From Polyangiaceae bacterium (GTDB lineage: Bacteria > Myxococcota_A > Polyangia > Polyangiales > Polyangiaceae): a stretch of 31,855 nt of DNA. A program made the translations under genes and the position numbers. Location of the stretch: positions 1-31,855 of the forward strand of contig JANRKO010000021.1 of the NCBI GenBank assembly GCA_033763455.1, read 5' to 3'. Each line of letters starts with the position of its first letter. Position 1 is the stretch's first letter. The notes under the pieces were generated by a model. It did no database searches. It saw only the letters and a list, made by a program, of their open reading frames with translations, and was not told where the DNA came from. Below, piece by piece: positions 1 through 7,658 of this stretch.

Positions 1-1
1 G

Positions 2-244
2 GCCTGCGTCGGCGCACTCTACAAATGGCTGAATCGCCGCTCCCAGAAGCGGTCTTTCACCTGGGAACGTTTTGAAAAGCGTTTGCAATTCAATCCACTA
101 CCCATCCCACCATTTGGCCAAGACCTGCGCGATGTTTCCTCTGAACGCAATTCCAATAAACACAAACCGAAGAGCCGGATGCGGGAAATTCGCAAGTCCG
201 GTTCTGTAAGGAGCACCGGGTGGCAACACCCGGTGTTTACTTGA
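2..244 (+). CDS. ltrA: Group II intron reverse transcriptase/maturase, C-terminal 80 aa (5'-truncated by the window edge; not in the ORF track)
   Basis: Manual translation of frame 2: [37 protein letters not shown]...[31 protein letters not shown]...W..F....PLP is the domain X end typical of endonuclease-less bacterial intron proteins. No stop until TGA 242-244. Confidence 0.88.
   Translation, partial: ACVGALYKWLNRRSQKRSFTWERFEKRLQFNPLPIPPFGQDLRDVSSERNSNKHKPKSRMREIRKSGSVRSTGWQHPVFT
172..204 (+). ncRNA. Group II intron catalytic domain V
   Basis: GAGCCGGAT-GCGG-GAAAT-TCGC-AA-GTCCGGTTC: AGC catalytic triad at 173-175, 9-bp lower stem (172-180 with 196-204), 2-nt AA bulge (194-195), short upper stem with a GAAA-containing loop. 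Confidence 0.93.
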
Positions 245-245
245 T
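208..245 (+). ncRNA. Group II intron domain VI, branch point and 3' splice site
   Basis: AAG(208-210) pairs with CTT(240-242); A239 is bulged; GAGCACCGGGTG(211-222) pairs with CACCCGGTGTTT(227-238) around a GCAA GNRA tetraloop. The branch A is the 7th nt from the terminal AT (244-245). Confidence 0.9.
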
Positions 246-1647
246 GGCCACACCCACTCGCATTGAAATCGACACTCTGGGCGAAGTCCACGTTCCCGAC
301 GCACAGCTTTGGGGCGCGCAAACCCAACGCAGCCTCGAAAACTTCAAGATCTCCAAAGAGAAAATGCCCGAAGAGCTGATTCATGCGCTCGCATTGGTGA
401 AGAAGGCCTCGGCGCTCGTGAACATCGAGCTTAAAATGGTCGACGAAAAGATCGGGCACGCCATCGCGGCCGCCGCAGATGAGGTGTTAGCCGGAAAACA
501 TCCAAACGAATTCCCACTCGTGGTTTGGCAAACGGGTAGCGGCACGCAGAGCAACATGAATATGAATGAAGTGCTCGCCAATCGTGCCAGCGAAATCATG
601 GGCGGCGTGCGCGGTGAGAAGCGGCTCGTGCATCCGAACGACCACGTGAACCGCGGGCAATCTTCCAACGATGTTTTCCCGGCGGCCATGACTATGGCGT
701 GTGTTACCGCTGTACGCACGCGGGTGTTACCATCCCTGGGGCTGCTGAGTCAGGTATTGGCAGAGAAGGCTCAAGCGTTTGCAGACGTTGTAAAGATCGG
801 GCGCACGCACCTGATGGACGCCACGCCGCTCACCTTGGGGCAGGAAATGAGCGGCTGGGTGGCCCAATTGAACCATGGCAAAGCGCACGTGGAAGCTTGT
901 TTGCCGCACCTTTCGGAGCTGGCGCTGGGAGGCACGGCAGTCGGGACAGGGCTCAACGCCCATCCTAAATTCGCGGTGATGGTGGCCGAGAAGCTCAGCG
1001 AGCTCAGTGGCTTCCCGATTGTCACCGCGCCCAACAAGTTTGAATCGCTCGCGGCTCACGACGCCATTGTGTTCGCCCACGGGGCCCTCAAAACAGTTGC
1101 GGCATCTCTCATGAAGCTGGCTAACGACGTCCGCTGGTTAGCATCCGGTCCACGTTCGGGCATCGGCGAGCTCATCATTCCCGCCAACGAACCGGGCAGC
1201 TCCATCATGCCGGGCAAGGTGAACCCCACCCAGTCCGAAGCGCTCACCATGGCCTGCGCGCAGATCATGGGCAACGATGTTGCCATCAACATCGGGGGCG
1301 CAAGCGGCAACTTCGAGCTCAACGTCTTCAAGCCGGTGATTGTCCACAATTTCCTTCAGAGCGCGCGGTTAATTGCCGACGGCGCCGATAGCTTCCGCGA
1401 AAACTGTGCGGTGGGCATCGAGCCTGATCGCGCTCAGATCAAGGCGCACTTGGAGCGTTCTCTAATGCTAGTGACAGCTCTCAACCCCCACATCGGCTAC
1501 GACGCCGCGGCCAAAATCGCCAAAAAAGCCCACAAGGAAGGCACTACCTTGAAGCAAGCGGCGCTGGCACTCGGGCTCGTGAGCTCCGAGGACTTCGACC
1601 GCTGGGTGCGCCCAGAACACATGATCGGCACCCTGCAAGGAAGCTAA
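244..1647 (+). CDS. fumC: Class II fumarate hydratase (fumarase C)
   Basis: Signature [13 protein letters not shown], plus [24 protein letters not shown] and N-terminal TRIEIDTLG...WGAQTQRS. Start placed at ATG 244 (MATPTRIE) because the ORF-track start GTG 220 lies inside intron DVI. Confidence 0.97.
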   Translation: MATPTRIEIDTLGEVHVPDAQLWGAQTQRSLENFKISKEKMPEELIHALALVKKASALVNIELKMVDEKIGHAIAAAADEVLAGKHPNEFPLVVWQTGSGTQSNMNMNEVLANRASEIMGGVRGEKRLVHPNDHVNRGQSSNDVFPAAMTMACVTAVRTRVLPSLGLLSQVLAEKAQAFADVVKIGRTHLMDATPLTLGQEMSGWVAQLNHGKAHVEACLPHLSELALGGTAVGTGLNAHPKFAVMVAEKLSELSGFPIVTAPNKFESLAAHDAIVFAHGALKTVAASLMKLANDVRWLASGPRSGIGELIIPANEPGSSIMPGKVNPTQSEALTMACAQIMGNDVAINIGGASGNFELNVFKPVIVHNFLQSARLIADGADSFRENCAVGIEPDRAQIKAHLERSLMLVTALNPHIGYDAAAKIAKKAHKEGTTLKQAALALGLVSSEDFDRWVRPEHMIGTLQGS

Positions 1648-1717
1648 AAGAACCTAGCAACTGAGCGCCGTGCGCGCCGAAGGGGGGGCATGCTACCCTC
1701 AGCCCTTAGGAGCGACG

Positions 1718-2488
1718 ATGACCTTGCCCAGTTCGTTCATTCCCAAGCCCCCTCCCGGCCAAAACAGTTTGCCGTGCGACGACGGTGAGCCGATGGACAC
1801 ACCGCTCCATCGCTTGCAGATGAACGTGCTCATCGATTCGCTCGAAGATGCGTGGGCTGAGCGCTCAGACTTCTACGTGGGCGGCAACATGTTCGTTTAC
1901 TTCAGCGAACTCCAAATCAAAAATAACGACTTTCGCGGCCCGGATGTCTTTGTAGTTCTGAATTGCGAGCGCAAACCACGCAAGAGTTGGGTGGCGTGGG
2001 AAGAAGGGGGCAAGCTACCGGATGTAGTGATCGAGTTGTTGTCAGAATCCACCGCCAATGTGGATCGAAACCAGAAGAAGCAACTTTACGCTCGGGTGTG
2101 GCGGCTGCCAGAGTATTTCCTGTTTGATCCCGAGTCCGGAGAACTGGAAGGCTATCGCCTCAATGGCTTGAAGGGCGAATACGTTCGGATCGAACCCGAG
2201 CCGAATGGGGATCTCCAAGTTGCCACGCTCGGCTTGACGCTCGGAGTGCGTCCCGGGCGCATTCACCTGCAGGAAGCACCGTTCCTCCGCTGGCTTTCGA
2301 ACGGCAAAATATTGCCAACAGAGCGAGAGATGGCCGCTGAGCAACGCGCACTTGCGGCTTCGTCCAGCGCACTGGCGGAGCAAGAGAAGGCGCGCGCCGA
2401 GCAAGAGATGGCTCGTGCCGAGAGTGCCGAGGCGCGGGCAAAGGCCCTCGAAGCGGAGCTTGAGCTCTTGAGGCGTCGCGGCCCCTAA
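1718..2488 (+). CDS. Uma2/DUF820 family PD-(D/E)XK-fold putative endonuclease with C-terminal coiled-coil tail
   Basis: DGEPM...H, FYVGGNMFVYF, FRGPDVFVV, PDVVIELLSEST...D...KK.LY, EYFLFDP, LRW and an AEQEKARAEQE tail. AGGAG precedes ATG 1718. Confidence 0.88.
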   Translation: MTLPSSFIPKPPPGQNSLPCDDGEPMDTPLHRLQMNVLIDSLEDAWAERSDFYVGGNMFVYFSELQIKNNDFRGPDVFVVLNCERKPRKSWVAWEEGGKLPDVVIELLSESTANVDRNQKKQLYARVWRLPEYFLFDPESGELEGYRLNGLKGEYVRIEPEPNGDLQVATLGLTLGVRPGRIHLQEAPFLRWLSNGKILPTEREMAAEQRALAASSSALAEQEKARAEQEMARAESAEARAKALEAELELLRRRGP

Positions 2489-2560
2489 GCGCCACGGTGA
2501 GGGCGCTGCTCCACGCCTGGTGGGGCCAACCGAGCGCTAAATTCTAGTTTGTTCCTCTAA

Positions 2561-2580
2561 TTGGAGCCACTTGGAGCCAC
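2561..2580. repeat. Perfect 10-bp tandem duplication TTGGAGCCAC x2
   Basis: ttggagccac ttggagccac read directly, in the intergenic region upstream of the DeoR gene. Confidence 0.85.
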
Positions 2581-2589
2581 GCTCCACTT

Positions 2590-2611
2590 TTATGATTGAC
2601 TTCAGTCGTAA
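2590..2611. promoter_or_regulatory. Candidate operator (imperfect inverted repeat) upstream of the DeoR-rhaD operon
   Basis: TTATGATTGA-CT-TCAGTCGTAA (8/10 match between arms) in an AT-rich patch containing TTGACT, 26 nt before ATG 2638. Confidence 0.45.
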
Positions 2612-2637
2612 TTATATGCACGGTGTCGCTCATAAGA

Positions 2638-3414
2638 ATGAAGGTTCCCTGGCACATCGTGGTGGCCCGCCGTGAGCGCCTAGCCCACATGCTGAGGGAG
2701 CATTCCTACCTCACGTTGGCGGAAGTGTGCGCCCGCCTGGGCGTAAGCGAAGCCACCGCCCGGCGTGACCTTGCGGCGCTCGAACAGGAACAAGCCATTA
2801 CTCGTACGCGCGGCGGCGCCATCTCCGAATACAACCGTAGGTTTCCCTCCTTTCGGGATCGCCTGGAGCTCGGAGCCGCCAGCAAAACGCGCATCGCTCT
2901 CGCCGCCTACGAAAAAATTGTTCCCGGCCAGATAATATGGCTGGATGGTGGCACCACTTGCTACGCGTTAGCCCAAGCGATAGCAGCTCGCCCCTTGGCT
3001 GAGCTCACGATTGTTACCAATAATCTTCCCGCGGCGGAGCTCCTGGCGGATCACGAGCCCATCGTAGTGCACCTGCTCGGTGGTCAGTATTTTAGGCGGA
3101 GCTCCATTCTGCTTGGCGGCCATGCAGTGGAAGCCGTGCGAGCGTGGCGTTTCAACCTAGCCTTTCTAGGGGCTGAGGGGGTCACCCGGGCCGGCCTTTG
3201 GAACTCGGTGAGTGATGTGGTGGCACTTCAGCACGCAGTGTTAGCAGCCGCTGAAGATGCAATTTTCTGTGTGGATGCTGAAAAGGTGGGGCGTGAAGCC
3301 GAAGCCTTCCTATTGCCGCTCGGCGAGGTTCGGCACCTGCTCACGGATGCATCTGCTGAGGTGCTCGCACACCACCAAGTAAAACTTTCGAAGAAGGTGC
3401 TGTTGGCGGCTTAA
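2638..3414 (+). CDS. DeoR/GlpR family transcriptional regulator (probable rhamnose-pathway regulator)
   Basis: HTH LGVSEATARRDLAALE...RTRGGA; sensor domain with K.RIA..A, LDGGTT, IVTNN, LLGG, AFLGAEGV. Start moved to ATG 2638. Confidence 0.92.
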   Translation: MKVPWHIVVARRERLAHMLREHSYLTLAEVCARLGVSEATARRDLAALEQEQAITRTRGGAISEYNRRFPSFRDRLELGAASKTRIALAAYEKIVPGQIIWLDGGTTCYALAQAIAARPLAELTIVTNNLPAAELLADHEPIVVHLLGGQYFRRSSILLGGHAVEAVRAWRFNLAFLGAEGVTRAGLWNSVSDVVALQHAVLAAAEDAIFCVDAEKVGREAEAFLLPLGEVRHLLTDASAEVLAHHQVKLSKKVLLAA

Positions 3415-3456
3415 CGCACGTCGCCTCAGTTTTTCAGGACAATTGGAGAAACGAAC

Positions 3457-5658
3457 ATGAGCCAAGATCCGAACGTTAAGAACAGCCCTCGCCCCTACCC
3501 CCGCTGGGACGAAGCGCACGCCGCTACGCTAGACCCCGTGCAGCGCTTGGTCTATCGCTCGAACCTCCTCGGCTCAGATCAGCGCGTCACGAATACCGGA
3601 GGTGGGAATACCTCCGCCAAGCTTCTTGGGAAGGACCCAATCTCGACCGAAGACGTCGAAGTGCTGTGGGTGAAGGGTTCAGGCGGGGACCTTCGCACTA
3701 CGAAGAAGGATGGCTTCGCTTCGCTCTATCAGAAGCGCGTGCTGGCCTTGCAGGATGTTTACGCACGCTTCGAGACACGTGGAGTAAAGAGCGAAGCCGA
3801 AGACAAGATGGTCGATATGTACAAACATTCGACCTTCAACCTAAATCCAAGAGCTGCCTCCATTGACACGCCGCTGCACTCATTTGTGCCGCGAAAACAC
3901 GTGGACCACATGCACCCGAATTCGGTGATTGCAGTTGCCGCGTGCAAAGACCGCGAAGTGCTCACTGAAAAGGTATTTGGTGGAGAGCTCCAGTACATGA
4001 ATTGGCTGCGCCCTGGCTTTGAGCTCGGGCTGGAGCTGCAGGAAATATGCAAAAAGAACCCCAAGGCCAAGGGCGCCATCATGGGGCAACACGGCGTTAT
4101 CAACTGGGCGGACGACGACCGAGCTTGCTACGAGCTTACCATTTCGCTTATAGAAAAAGCTGACGCGTATATCGCCGCGTGCGACAAGGGAGCGCAAACC
4201 TTCGGCGGAAAGAAGTTCGAATCCTTGCCCCAACCCAAGCGCGAAGCCGTTTTGGCGGAGGTGCTGCCGTTCATTCGTGGCCAGATCACCTTCAAAGGGC
4301 AACGCTTGATTGGCACCGTACAGCACGACGATACCATGTTGCGCTTCGTAAATTCGGCCGACGCTCCGCGCCTGGCAGATTTGGGCACGAGTTGCCCGGA
4401 TCACTTCCTGCGAACCAAAATCAAGCCACTCTACGTTAACTGGGACCCTGCCAAAGAAGACGTGGCGGCGCTCAAAGAGAAGCTTACGAGCGGGCTTGAG
4501 GCATACCGCGAGGGATACAAAGCCTACTACGAACGCTGCCGGCGCCCGGGGTCCCCCGCCATGCGCAACCCCAATCCATCGGTCGTGCTGATTCCGGGAT
4601 GTGGCATGATCGCCTGGGGCAAAACGAAGTCTGAAAGCCGCGTTACGGCTGAATTCTACAACTGCGCAGTCGAAGTGATGCGCGGAGCGGAAGCCATCAG
4701 CGAATACGTGGCCTTACCCGAGCAAGAGGCTTTCGATATCGAATACTGGGCACTCGAAGAAGCGAAACTCCAGCGCATGCCGCCAGAAGAAGAGCTTTCA
4801 CGCCAAGTGGTAGCCGTGATTGGCGCGGGCAATGGGATCGGCAAGCAAGTTGCTATCCGACTCATGAAAGAAGGCGCGACGGTGGCATGCATTGATCGAG
4901 ATCTAGAGGCCGCCAAGGCGACGGCAAAGGAGCTGGAAGCCATCTATGGCGTCGGTATTGGCGTCGCCGGAACGGGCGTATCCGGAGTCGGGCCGGTGCT
5001 TGGGCTTGCCGCGGACATCACCGAACGGGAGAGCATTCGCGCTGCACTGCAGGATGTGGTGTTAGCCTACGGTGGCGCTGATACTGTGATCGTAACGGCA
5101 GGGATCTTCGTTTCCCCCGACAAAACAGGACACATCACGGACGACAAGTGGGGCCTCACCTACGCCATCAATGTGATTGGTCCATATTTGGTGGCCGACG
5201 TTGCGGCTGGGATTTGGAAAGCCCAAGGCACCCCTGGCAACTTCGTGATCACCACCTCGGTGAATGCGGCCGTGGCCAAAAAAGGCAGCCTTGCCTACGA
5301 CACGTCGAAAGCCGCAGCCAATCACCTGGTGCGTGAGCTTGCCGTTGAACTCGCACCGCTCGTGCGGGTAAACGCCGTGGCTCCGGCGACCGTCGTCAAA
5401 GGCAGCACCATGTTCCCTCGCGATCGGGTGATATCATCGCTCGTGAAGTACAATATCTCGCACAACGAAGCAGAATCCACCGAAGCTCTGCGTGAAAAGC
5501 TCGCTCAGTTCTATGCCGATCGCACGCTCTTGAAGCAGCCCATCACCCCCGAAGATCAGGCGGAAGCCGTATTTCTGTTGGTTTCCAACCGTTTACCGCG
5601 AACCACCGGCCAGGTTATCAACGTGGACGGAGGCTTGGTGGACGCGTTCCTACGATAA
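3457..5658 (+). CDS. rhaD: Bifunctional rhamnulose-1-phosphate aldolase / short-chain dehydrogenase (RhaEW/YuxG type)
   Basis: N-terminal class II aldolase (YRSNLLGSD, GGGNTSAK, WVKGSGGD, HVDHMHP, CPDHFLRTK, EAFDIEYWALEEAKL) fused to an SDR domain (GAGNGIG, YDTSK, VRVNAVAP, NVDGG). GGAG RBS. Confidence 0.93.
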   Translation: MSQDPNVKNSPRPYPRWDEAHAATLDPVQRLVYRSNLLGSDQRVTNTGGGNTSAKLLGKDPISTEDVEVLWVKGSGGDLRTTKKDGFASLYQKRVLALQDVYARFETRGVKSEAEDKMVDMYKHSTFNLNPRAASIDTPLHSFVPRKHVDHMHPNSVIAVAACKDREVLTEKVFGGELQYMNWLRPGFELGLELQEICKKNPKAKGAIMGQHGVINWADDDRACYELTISLIEKADAYIAACDKGAQTFGGKKFESLPQPKREAVLAEVLPFIRGQITFKGQRLIGTVQHDDTMLRFVNSADAPRLADLGTSCPDHFLRTKIKPLYVNWDPAKEDVAALKEKLTSGLEAYREGYKAYYERCRRPGSPAMRNPNPSVVLIPGCGMIAWGKTKSESRVTAEFYNCAVEVMRGAEAISEYVALPEQEAFDIEYWALEEAKLQRMPPEEELSRQVVAVIGAGNGIGKQVAIRLMKEGATVACIDRDLEAAKATAKELEAIYGVGIGVAGTGVSGVGPVLGLAADITERESIRAALQDVVLAYGGADTVIVTAGIFVSPDKTGHITDDKWGLTYAINVIGPYLVADVAAGIWKAQGTPGNFVITTSVNAAVAKKGSLAYDTSKAAANHLVRELAVELAPLVRVNAVAPATVVKGSTMFPRDRVISSLVKYNISHNEAESTEALREKLAQFYADRTLLKQPITPEDQAEAVFLLVSNRLPRTTGQVINVDGGLVDAFLR

Positions 5659-5673
5659 CCAAACCCCGAGAGG

Positions 5674-5692
5674 GCGCGGTGGGGGGCCGCGC
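5674..5692. terminator. GC-rich hairpin between convergent rhaD and cheB, possible terminator
   Basis: GCGCGG...CCGCGC stem in the 39-bp gap; no clear U-tract. Confidence 0.3.
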
Positions 5693-5697
5693 AGGGG

Positions 5698-6771
5698 CTA
5701 CAGGCGAGATAGAAAGACGCCTATCTCGTTCAGAGGAGAACTTCGGCTTACCGCTTTGGCACGTACCGCGGAGCCGGGCATACCGTAGACTACTGCTGTC
5801 GACTCACTCTCGGCGATTACAATCCCCCCCTTGGCGAGGATCGCCTGGGCACCAGCTGTTCCGTCGTCCCCCATCCCAGTGAGGATGACGCCCACCGCCC
5901 GATTACCAGCAACATTCGCTACACTCGTGAAGAGCTTGTCGGCACTTGGCACGTAGCGGTCCCCTTCATCGGGCGTGGATACCCTAATTCTAAGATGCCC
6001 ACCCGGCGCCATTTCGAGTTGCATGCAACGCCGACCTGGGCACACAAAACCCGCTGCTTGAGCGATAGTATCCCCGTCTTGAGCCTCACTCACAGCCACG
6101 GCGCTTCGTCGATCCAGACGCTCGGCAAAGGTGCGAGTGAACTTGTCGGGCATGTGTTGAGCGACAAGGAAGGTGTTCTTCGAGGTCGCCGGTAGCTGCG
6201 CGAAAATGTCCATGAGTGCGGTGGGTCCGCCGGTAGAAGACCCGATGGCCACCACAAATCGTGGCGGTGGGCCCGGTACTGTTCGAGCGGGCTTAGCGCC
6301 AGCGCCTGTGAGTAACTCCTGTTCCCACACACGTGCGCGCAACATTTGGTTGGGGCGCACGCTGCGGGCTAGCAACACCTTCTTTAACAGATCTGCACGA
6401 ATCCCAGCAAAATCCGCGTCTGCTCTGCGATCAGGTTTGGTAACAAAATCCAACGCACCCAGCTCTAGCGCTTTGAATACGTTTTCCTTCTGGCTGTAGC
6501 TTGAGACCACCACCACGGGAGTCGGCATCTTGCTCATCAAAATGCGAAGGAAGGTGAAGCCGTCCATCTTGGGCATCTCGAGATCCAACGTGATGACGTC
6601 TGGAAGCAGCTGAAGTACCTGGCGAATCGCTTCTTCACCGTCGCTCGCCTTGCCCACGACCTCAATTCCCGGGGCCGCAGCCAAGATCTCGGAAATGTTC
6701 CGGCGGTTGAAAGCGGAATCATCCACGATCAAGACCCGCAAAGGTTTCTCTGTGAGGCTGGTTACGGTCAT
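5698..6771 (-). CDS. cheB: Chemotaxis response regulator protein-glutamate methylesterase
   Basis: REC domain (VDDS, TLDLEMPKMDG, KP) plus methylesterase triad motifs GSSTGGP, QHMP, LTGMGDDG. ATG 6771 overlaps the cheR stop (TAATG). Confidence 0.96.
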   Translation of the reverse strand: MTVTSLTEKPLRVLIVDDSAFNRRNISEILAAAPGIEVVGKASDGEEAIRQVLQLLPDVITLDLEMPKMDGFTFLRILMSKMPTPVVVVSSYSQKENVFKALELGALDFVTKPDRRADADFAGIRADLLKKVLLARSVRPNQMLRARVWEQELLTGAGAKPARTVPGPPPRFVVAIGSSTGGPTALMDIFAQLPATSKNTFLVAQHMPDKFTRTFAERLDRRSAVAVSEAQDGDTIAQAAGFVCPGRRCMQLEMAPGGHLRIRVSTPDEGDRYVPSADKLFTSVANVAGNRAVGVILTGMGDDGTAGAQAILAKGGIVIAESESTAVVYGMPGSAVRAKAVSRSSPLNEIGVFLSRL

Positions 6772-7658
6772 TATCGATCCCAACGCTGGGCTGCCAGCGG
6801 CTTTCTGTACACCAGGTCGTCGGTTAGGTGCACTAGTTCAAACGCAGTAGACAAGTTCAGTAGGCTTTCCGAGTGCCCAAGGAGGAGATAGCCGCCTGGC
6901 ACCAGCCGTTCGTACAGGGCATCGATGACCCGACGACGAGAGTCGGTATCGAAGTAAATCAGGACGTTTCTGCAGAAAACGACGTCCACTCGACCCACCA
7001 TTGAGGCCTTCGCTGGATCAAGCAGATTCAGATTCCCGAACCAGGAGTTCCTCTTGATCCGTTCCTTCACCTCCCACATTCTCACACCAGTACTCGGTCG
7101 TTCGTCAAAAAAAACTGCACGCTGCTGGGGAGTTGTGACCCGAAGCGAACTTTCCCGGTAGAGCCCGCGGCGGGCGTGCGCGACGCTCTTCTTGGACAAG
7201 TCCGTCCCAACCACGCGCACGGACCAATCCTTAAAAAGCTCCGTTTGCTCGATGAGCATCGCAAGGGTGTAGACCTCCTCACCCGTGGAACAGCCAGCGC
7301 TCCACACGCGCAAACGCTTCTGACTAGCCAACGAAACGGCGAGCTCGGGAAGAATTTCTCGCTGAAACGCGGTGAGCTGGTACTCCTGGCGAAAGAAGTA
7401 TGTCTCTTTGGTCGTGATGAGTTCGAGTGCCGCCTCTAGCTCCTCGAACCCCGAGGGATGGTGGCGGAGGTGCTTGTAGTACTCGGAGAAACTGGAAAAG
7501 CCTAAATCATCCAGCCGTTCAGCGAGCCTGCGCTCAAACATGTAAAGAGAATCTTCCTCAAAGAACAACCCCGCGTGCTGATTCATGTGGTCTCGCAACA
7601 ACCGGAACTCGGCCGCCGTAAGGCTGGGGTGGTCGCGAAAGATCCCTCGGGTTGTCAT
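6771..7658 (-). CDS. cheR: Chemotaxis protein-glutamate O-methyltransferase
   Basis: TTKETYFFR, VWSAGCSTGEEVYTLA, GTDLS, FCRNVLIYFD, GGYLLLGHSESL. Confidence 0.96.
   Translation of the reverse strand: MTTRGIFRDHPSLTAAEFRLLRDHMNQHAGLFFEEDSLYMFERRLAERLDDLGFSSFSEYYKHLRHHPSGFEELEAALELITTKETYFFRQEYQLTAFQREILPELAVSLASQKRLRVWSAGCSTGEEVYTLAMLIEQTELFKDWSVRVVGTDLSKKSVAHARRGLYRESSLRVTTPQQRAVFFDERPSTGVRMWEVKERIKRNSWFGNLNLLDPAKASMVGRVDVVFCRNVLIYFDTDSRRRVIDALYERLVPGGYLLLGHSESLLNLSTAFELVHLTDDLVYRKPLAAQRWDR

Larger units (their letters stand above)
1..245 (+). mobile_element. Group II intron, 3' portion (5' part lies outside the window); IIB-type RAY 3' end
   Basis: Maturase C-terminal motif in frame 2, followed by a canonical domain V (172-204) and domain VI (208-242) with bulged A239, ending ...ACTTGAT at 245. 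Confidence 0.93.

Noticed and set aside
211..242. Hairpin with T-rich tail read as a rho-independent terminator upstream of fumC
   Set aside because: It directly follows a canonical DV and has the bulged A and AY end of domain VI, so the intron interpretation explains it better.
220..243. ORF-track start of fumC at GTG 220 as the native start
   Set aside because: These 24 nt belong to intron domain VI, and FumC similarity begins at ATG 244. Kept only as a possible conditional start (see findings).
19..459. 146-aa minus-strand ORF and other long antisense ORFs (e.g. 10863-11804, 13324-13953, 15457-16107, 22752-23357)
   Set aside because: They are shadows of well-supported genes on the opposite strand in GC-rich DNA and carry no recognisable motifs.
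1718..2488. Uma2 gene as part of a restriction or defence system
   Set aside because: It is solitary, with no methyltransferase or other defence gene adjacent; such genes are commonly scattered as paralogues.
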